DNA of 64,000 nucleotides from an uncultured Poribacteria bacterium (lineage in GTDB: Bacteria; Poribacteria; WGA-4E; WGA-3G), in assembly GCA_951813565.1 (NCBI GenBank), contig OX638351.1, forward strand, positions 5,344,001 through 5,408,000. Direction: 5' to 3'. Each line of letters begins with the position of its first letter. Position 1 is the stretch's first letter. A program made the translations under genes and the position numbers. Below the pieces are notes generated by a model. It was not told where the DNA came from and searched no databases. It saw only the letters and a program-made list of their open reading frames with translations. Positions 59,547-64,000 of this stretch are shown in pieces.

Positions 59547-60359
59547 TTAAAACGTAATCCAGTCCTGCCATCCGGTAATGGCAATTGTACGAACATAAAG
59601 ATCAGAAAAACCGACCCAAAAAAGACTCATCCACGCCCAGAGCATGTGTCTACGGTTTAGACAACTGACACAGTTATACACATTTCGGCGTACGGGTGCT
59701 TTAGAAAGTAGATTCACTGTGCCACCCACAAGATGGCGTAATGAATGACACCCAAAAATATACCCAGCTAATAGGACTATATTTACTGTTAAGATGACAG
59801 TTCCTATGCCGATTCCGAAAGTTTTACCACCGTTTCCATCATCAAACCAAAGAGCAAGCCATACATCATAGGATAGAATACCCAAAAAAATAATCGCAAT
59901 GTACATAAAATACCTATGAATGTTCTGAATTATCAATGGGAAAGAATGTTCACCTCTATACCCTTTACGCGGTTCTGATACTGAACATGAAGGAGGGTCT
60001 GCCCAAAAGGCTTTGTAATATGCTCCGCGATAGTAGTAACATGTAAACCGAAATCCGAGTGGTGACCACAAAATTAGGACTGCAGGTGTAATAAATGCTG
60101 GCATCCATTCAGGCATTGCACCAAACCAACTATGTGCATTGGTATGCTCGTTAAGTCCAAAAAGAAGTGGTGAATAGAAAGGTGTTAAATAAGGTGCATG
60201 TTCTGGCAGAAAATGTGCACCTTCAAAAACACGATATGTCGTGTAAACAACAAATATACCGAACCCGATAAATACAACTAAAGGTTGTACCCACCAAGTA
60301 TCTTTGCGTTGGGTTTGAAAGGGGCGATGTTCAGTTAATGTTAGTTCTGGGTGCGACAT
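59547..60359 (-). CDS. Single membrane-anchor subunit, mycobacterial Sdh1 (Rv0249c)-like
   Basis: YLTPFYSP, FRFTCYYYRGAYY, QNIHRYF, GCHSLRH; first gene of the sdh operon. Confidence 0.8.
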   Translation of the reverse strand: MSHPELTLTEHRPFQTQRKDTWWVQPLVVFIGFGIFVVYTTYRVFEGAHFLPEHAPYLTPFYSPLLFGLNEHTNAHSWFGAMPEWMPAFITPAVLILWSPLGFRFTCYYYRGAYYKAFWADPPSCSVSEPRKGYRGEHSFPLIIQNIHRYFMYIAIIFLGILSYDVWLALWFDDGNGGKTFGIGIGTVILTVNIVLLAGYIFGCHSLRHLVGGTVNLLSKAPVRRNVYNCVSCLNRRHMLWAWMSLFWVGFSDLYVRTIAITGWQDWITF

Positions 60360-60439
60360 AAAGACAATTTTCCTTTATATATCTAACAGAATACCACATT
60401 TGAAAAATAAGTGCAAGCAGGATAAAATCTGTTTGGATA

Positions 60440-60645
60440 TCAAGTTTCTTTTTCACTTGAATCTTCCTTAATTCGGGGTGGTGGAAGTGGCAGATATTTC
60501 CAACCCAAGGCTTTAAATTTTTTTGCTCTGCTTTTAGATAATCGTGGAGTTCCTGCGCCGAATTGAATTTTGCAGCAAATGCTTCTTTCATTCGATAACA
60601 TTCTTCAAGGACAGGATCCGTGCGAGTATCCGGTTTCTCTTTCAC
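60440..60645 (-). pseudogene. Small hypothetical protein, apparent frameshift in an A7 run
   Basis: GGAGG + GTG start, DPVLEECYRMKEAF...; adding one A at 60518-60524 gives KKFKALGWKYLPLPPP and a stop that avoids overlap with the sdh anchor gene. Confidence 0.5.
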
Positions 60646-60817
60646 GTGAATTTCCTCCATTAACTCTGTTGGTGTGCAGAGAATTGTCGGTACAAACCCC
60701 GCATTCTGACATACCTCTGTCGTTTCAACGTAAACCCTCGACTTTATCTTTAAGTATATTGTAGCATGAAGTAACATCTATGTCAAATTAACAGAAAACT
60801 AAAATTTAAATGCATGT

Positions 60818-61558
60818 TCACAACGCCAGCGTATGCGTCAACGGTTCCCAACCTAACAATCGTTTTGCTTTTGAAAGATTGATCTCCTCCTGTTCATAGT
60901 CTCCTGCAATAAACACAGCATCAAAGCCTTCGTGTTCAACCGAGATGGCGGCGAGGTATGCACGTGCCAAATCTTCCTCATCTGTCCACCAGATATGGAC
61001 TGACGAGTCTTTCGGTTGGTTGCGGCGTTCTAACCACTGTTCCCGTGTTGATGGACCTGTAATTCGCAAAGCGATGAGGGACATGTCATGTTCGCGAGTG
61101 AAGTACTCACAGACCTGTTCACCAAAACTTTTGGTCAAACCGTAAACACCTGGATTATCTCGTGGGACAAGGTCCTCATAAGGATAACTATTTCGGGTGC
61201 GTTCATGGACGGTGAAAGTGCTGGTGTAGACACCATGGGGTATTCCTGCTTCCTTCGCAGCATGAAGTAGGATATGGAGTCCCTTTGCGTTCACATCGTA
61301 GTTTGCCACAATGTCTGGGAAATCTGCGACAGATGAGCGGTCACTTGTGGGACGTAACATCACCATGTAGACAAAAGTATCCATCCCTTTCAACGCTTCT
61401 TGTACGATGTCTACATTGGTAACTGACCCTTGGATGTATTCTATGGATTCGTCCTTTGGTGGGGCAAGGTCAAGCACGCGAAAATTGTGATGTTCCTTCA
61501 TGTAAGGAAGTGTCATCGTTCCGACGTGTCCCGAACCGCCTACAAGTAGAACATTCAT
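60818..61558 (-). CDS. NAD-dependent epimerase/dehydratase (extended SDR)
   Basis: VGGSGHVG, YGLTK, AKRLLGWEP. Confidence 0.88.
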   Translation of the reverse strand: MNVLLVGGSGHVGTMTLPYMKEHHNFRVLDLAPPKDESIEYIQGSVTNVDIVQEALKGMDTFVYMVMLRPTSDRSSVADFPDIVANYDVNAKGLHILLHAAKEAGIPHGVYTSTFTVHERTRNSYPYEDLVPRDNPGVYGLTKSFGEQVCEYFTREHDMSLIALRITGPSTREQWLERRNQPKDSSVHIWWTDEEDLARAYLAAISVEHEGFDAVFIAGDYEQEEINLSKAKRLLGWEPLTHTLAL

Positions 61559-61580
61559 TCCCCAATTCTCCTGTTTTCAG

Positions 61581-62441
61581 CTATCCCTTATAGGCATGAG
61601 TGCGGTGCTGAATCCGCAAATCGAAGTTATCATCTGGGTTCCACGTTGGCATATCAACCGGCACTTCGTAAGCAAACTGCTCTGTATCTGATGGATATGG
61701 GTTAGTGCGGCGTTCATGCAGCGCACGTTGATACATTTTGCACCGTTGCGTCAGGAATTCGGTTTGCCACCACTTGTAAAGCGTATTCCATCTCGGTGTC
61801 CGTTGATCAAAGTAAATGACTCTGCGGAGTGTATCGCTTGTATTTATTTTACTACCGTGCAAAACTTTGGTATGGTGCAGTAAGATATCACCCGGTTCAA
61901 CCTCTGCAGGCACAGCATCTGGACGATCAAAATTGACTACGCCTTTATCAATGATTTCCTGTGCTTCTTCAATTCCCCACAGATGACTTTTCGGAATGAC
62001 CCAAACACATCCGTTGTCAACGGTAGAATGATCAATGTATATGTCAACATTGAAGATAGGATGATTTTCTCGGATTGCATTGCCATCACGGTGCCATCTG
62101 ACAGAAGAACCGTGTTTTGGTAATTTAAAGACGAGAGATTCGTAGCATGGAATAAAATCGGGTCCGATGATCCTGTGCAGCAGATCGCCAATAGAGGGAT
62201 GTCCGAGCAGCTTCAGTGAAAATTCGTTCGGGTGTGAATGGAGATAGGTGAGATAGTAAGGGATGCCTTCGGGCCCACGCATGCACCATTCATCTGCGGG
62301 TCCTCCTGCCAAAATCTCATCAATGAGTCTCTGACTCTCCTGTTGTATGACAGCAAGCTCATCTGGTTGGATAACTCCTTTAAGAATAAGGTATCCATTA
62401 TCGTTGAAGAATTGAATTTCGTTATCGGTAATTTTTTGCAT
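61581..62441 (-). CDS. PhyH-family dioxygenase
   Basis: FNDNGYL, WHRD, VIPKSH, VLHGS. Confidence 0.9.
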   Translation of the reverse strand: MQKITDNEIQFFNDNGYLILKGVIQPDELAVIQQESQRLIDEILAGGPADEWCMRGPEGIPYYLTYLHSHPNEFSLKLLGHPSIGDLLHRIIGPDFIPCYESLVFKLPKHGSSVRWHRDGNAIRENHPIFNVDIYIDHSTVDNGCVWVIPKSHLWGIEEAQEIIDKGVVNFDRPDAVPAEVEPGDILLHHTKVLHGSKINTSDTLRRVIYFDQRTPRWNTLYKWWQTEFLTQRCKMYQRALHERRTNPYPSDTEQFAYEVPVDMPTWNPDDNFDLRIQHRTHAYKG

Positions 62442-62507
62442 ATTTGTATAGCAAGTTTTGGCTTGCAAGCTGTGCCAAAATCCTTTCCCTATTTTGCCCA
62501 AACCGTG

Positions 62508-63341
62508 TTAGGCGCTTGGAATTTTGTTTGTCTCTATTGCGGTGTGCCATGCTGACACAAATTCTTGGACAGATTGGTATCGCAACTGTTTGTCCACATT
62601 CGTTGCTTTTTTCGCGACGTTCCACATAGCATCGTTTCCCTTCCAGTCGTCTCGTGAATTGCTGTTGTTAGTAAGCAACACGAATGCTGTGCGCCCCAAC
62701 ATAAAAACGTTTGTTCTTTCATCGATTCGCTCCCCTTTCTGAAATTCCTCTGGTGCCATAAAGCGTCGTGAACCAGACAACCTTCCGCGGTCATTTATGA
62801 AAGGTTTCGGATGGTAGTGGTCGAAATCGTACAGATGGACCTGCTTTTTTTCAAAGTTGTAGATAATGCATCCATCGTAAAAATCTTCAGCGATGAAACC
62901 TCTTTTTTCGATGAGGATGTGGACATCATAGATAACGTTGAGTGCCGCAACTATCTCAACTGTTGGCAAGGCACAAAACCTGTCCAGCGGATGTAATTCA
63001 CCAGCACTAAGTTCCCTTTCGGGGCGCAACCCCTCGCCATCTACCCAATCGTAGACGAGTACGAATCCATCGGGAGTCGTGAAGGTGTTATGCAATCGGG
63101 GGAGTGCCTCATGCTGGACAGCAGCATGAAAGCGCACGGCTTGCTTGAGCCATGTGATAGGTTGCGGTGTATCGGCATATTTGACGAACCAATGTTGATT
63201 GTCCACTACTGTCCGAAAGGATTGACACCCTGAGTCGTGTTCTGGAAATCGATATGTCATTTCACCAATTTGCTTCAGGTATGTTTCAATATTTGTGTCA
63301 ATTTCCGTAACGTCCAAAAGTGGGTGCCGGATGGGCATTTC
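62508..63341 (-). CDS. Ser/Thr protein kinase-like protein
   Basis: WFVKY, LVYDWVDGE, IAEDFYDG, YDFD, FMAPEEF, TNVFMLG. Confidence 0.82.
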   Translation of the reverse strand, partial: EMPIRHPLLDVTEIDTNIETYLKQIGEMTYRFPEHDSGCQSFRTVVDNQHWFVKYADTPQPITWLKQAVRFHAAVQHEALPRLHNTFTTPDGFVLVYDWVDGEGLRPERELSAGELHPLDRFCALPTVEIVAALNVIYDVHILIEKRGFIAEDFYDGCIIYNFEKKQVHLYDFDHYHPKPFINDRGRLSGSRRFMAPEEFQKGERIDERTNVFMLGRTAFVLLTNNSNSRDDWKGNDAMWNVAKKATNVDKQLRYQSVQEFVSAWHTAIETNKIPSA

Positions 63342-63491
63342 ACTTATCCTCAGGTGTGGCAAAACTGTTTCTTAACCGTTTTGCGTGGGTTTTATAGGTT
63401 GATAATAGTATACACCGAAACGACAAAAAAGTCACATTTTGTTTATTGTTTGCTGGAGGGCATTTTATAGCATATAACATTCTTGAATATA

Positions 63492-64000
63492 CTACAGATA
63501 AGGTGTCAGATCCCAGAGAAGGATGGAACCGTCAAAACTTGCACTTACCAAAAGTTCATTGTTTGGCGAAAAAGCAAGTCCCTGTATATCTGTTGGATGC
63601 CCCAAAAATGTGGTGATCAGCTTACCTGTCTTAGCCTCCCACAAATAGATGGGAATTTTCTTAAAACCTTGCTGCCACCACATACCACCGGCCAAGTACT
63701 TTCCACATGAGGAAAATGTTAACGCCATCATATTATTACATTCCTCTGGTAGAGGTATCCGCTTATGGATTTGATCTTGTTTTATGTCCCATAGCAGGAG
63801 TTCTGGTTGTCTTAATTCTCCGCCACATGCTAAATATGAACCGCAGGGAGAAAAGGCGAATTTAAAATATATCCCATCCACTGGTGGTGTTTCCCCACTT
63901 TGTATTACTGCAGAAACTTCACGGCGGCTAACATCCCATAACATGTAATCTGGTGCTTCCTCTCCGCCACAAGCCACATACAAACCGCAGGGAGAAAACC
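63492..64000 (-). CDS. WD40 repeat protein (partial, start outside window)
   Basis: FSPCG repeats, GHPTDIQGLAFSP...SFDGSILLWDL. Confidence 0.88.
   Translation of the reverse strand, partial: FSPCGLYVACGGEEAPDYMLWDVSRREVSAVIQSGETPPVDGIYFKFAFSPCGSYLACGGELRQPELLLWDIKQDQIHKRIPLPEECNNMMALTFSSCGKYLAGGMWWQQGFKKIPIYLWEAKTGKLITTFLGHPTDIQGLAFSPNNELLVSASFDGSILLWDLTPYL

Overview
64 kb of a bacterial chromosome, most likely a sponge-associated Candidatus Poribacteria. That assignment is an inference from four PhyH-family dioxygenases, WD40/TPR/ankyrin repeat proteins and secreted proteins ending in 'V.P.GK....WGE[IL]K'. Housekeeping content: nadC, a tRNA Gly-Cys-Val cluster, rho-rpmE-prfA-prmC, an actinobacterial-type succinate dehydrogenase operon, wza/wzc, rfaE1-gmhB and ABC permeases. 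An accessory zone at about 7.9-26.4 kb holds a type II-like R-M pair, one of two near-identical IS1595 copies (the other is cut by the window start), a decayed ISKra4 and an intact IS630. It also holds a frameshifted PIN toxin whose partner is a duplicated antitoxin module fused to TPRs, and a nucleotidyltransferase + DUF262 pair (candidate defence system). The most unusual signal is non-coding: a family of ~35-nt cassettes (ATGC...GCAT-core hairpin + GTTGATTTGG tail). They sit inside REP-like hairpins and inside each other, mostly just 3' of a CG and without target duplication. Their REP hosts are often enclosed by MITE-like inverted repeats, giving multi-level nested structures. No CRISPR array, rRNA or reverse transcriptase was seen. 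All calls are by-eye motif recognition, not database results.
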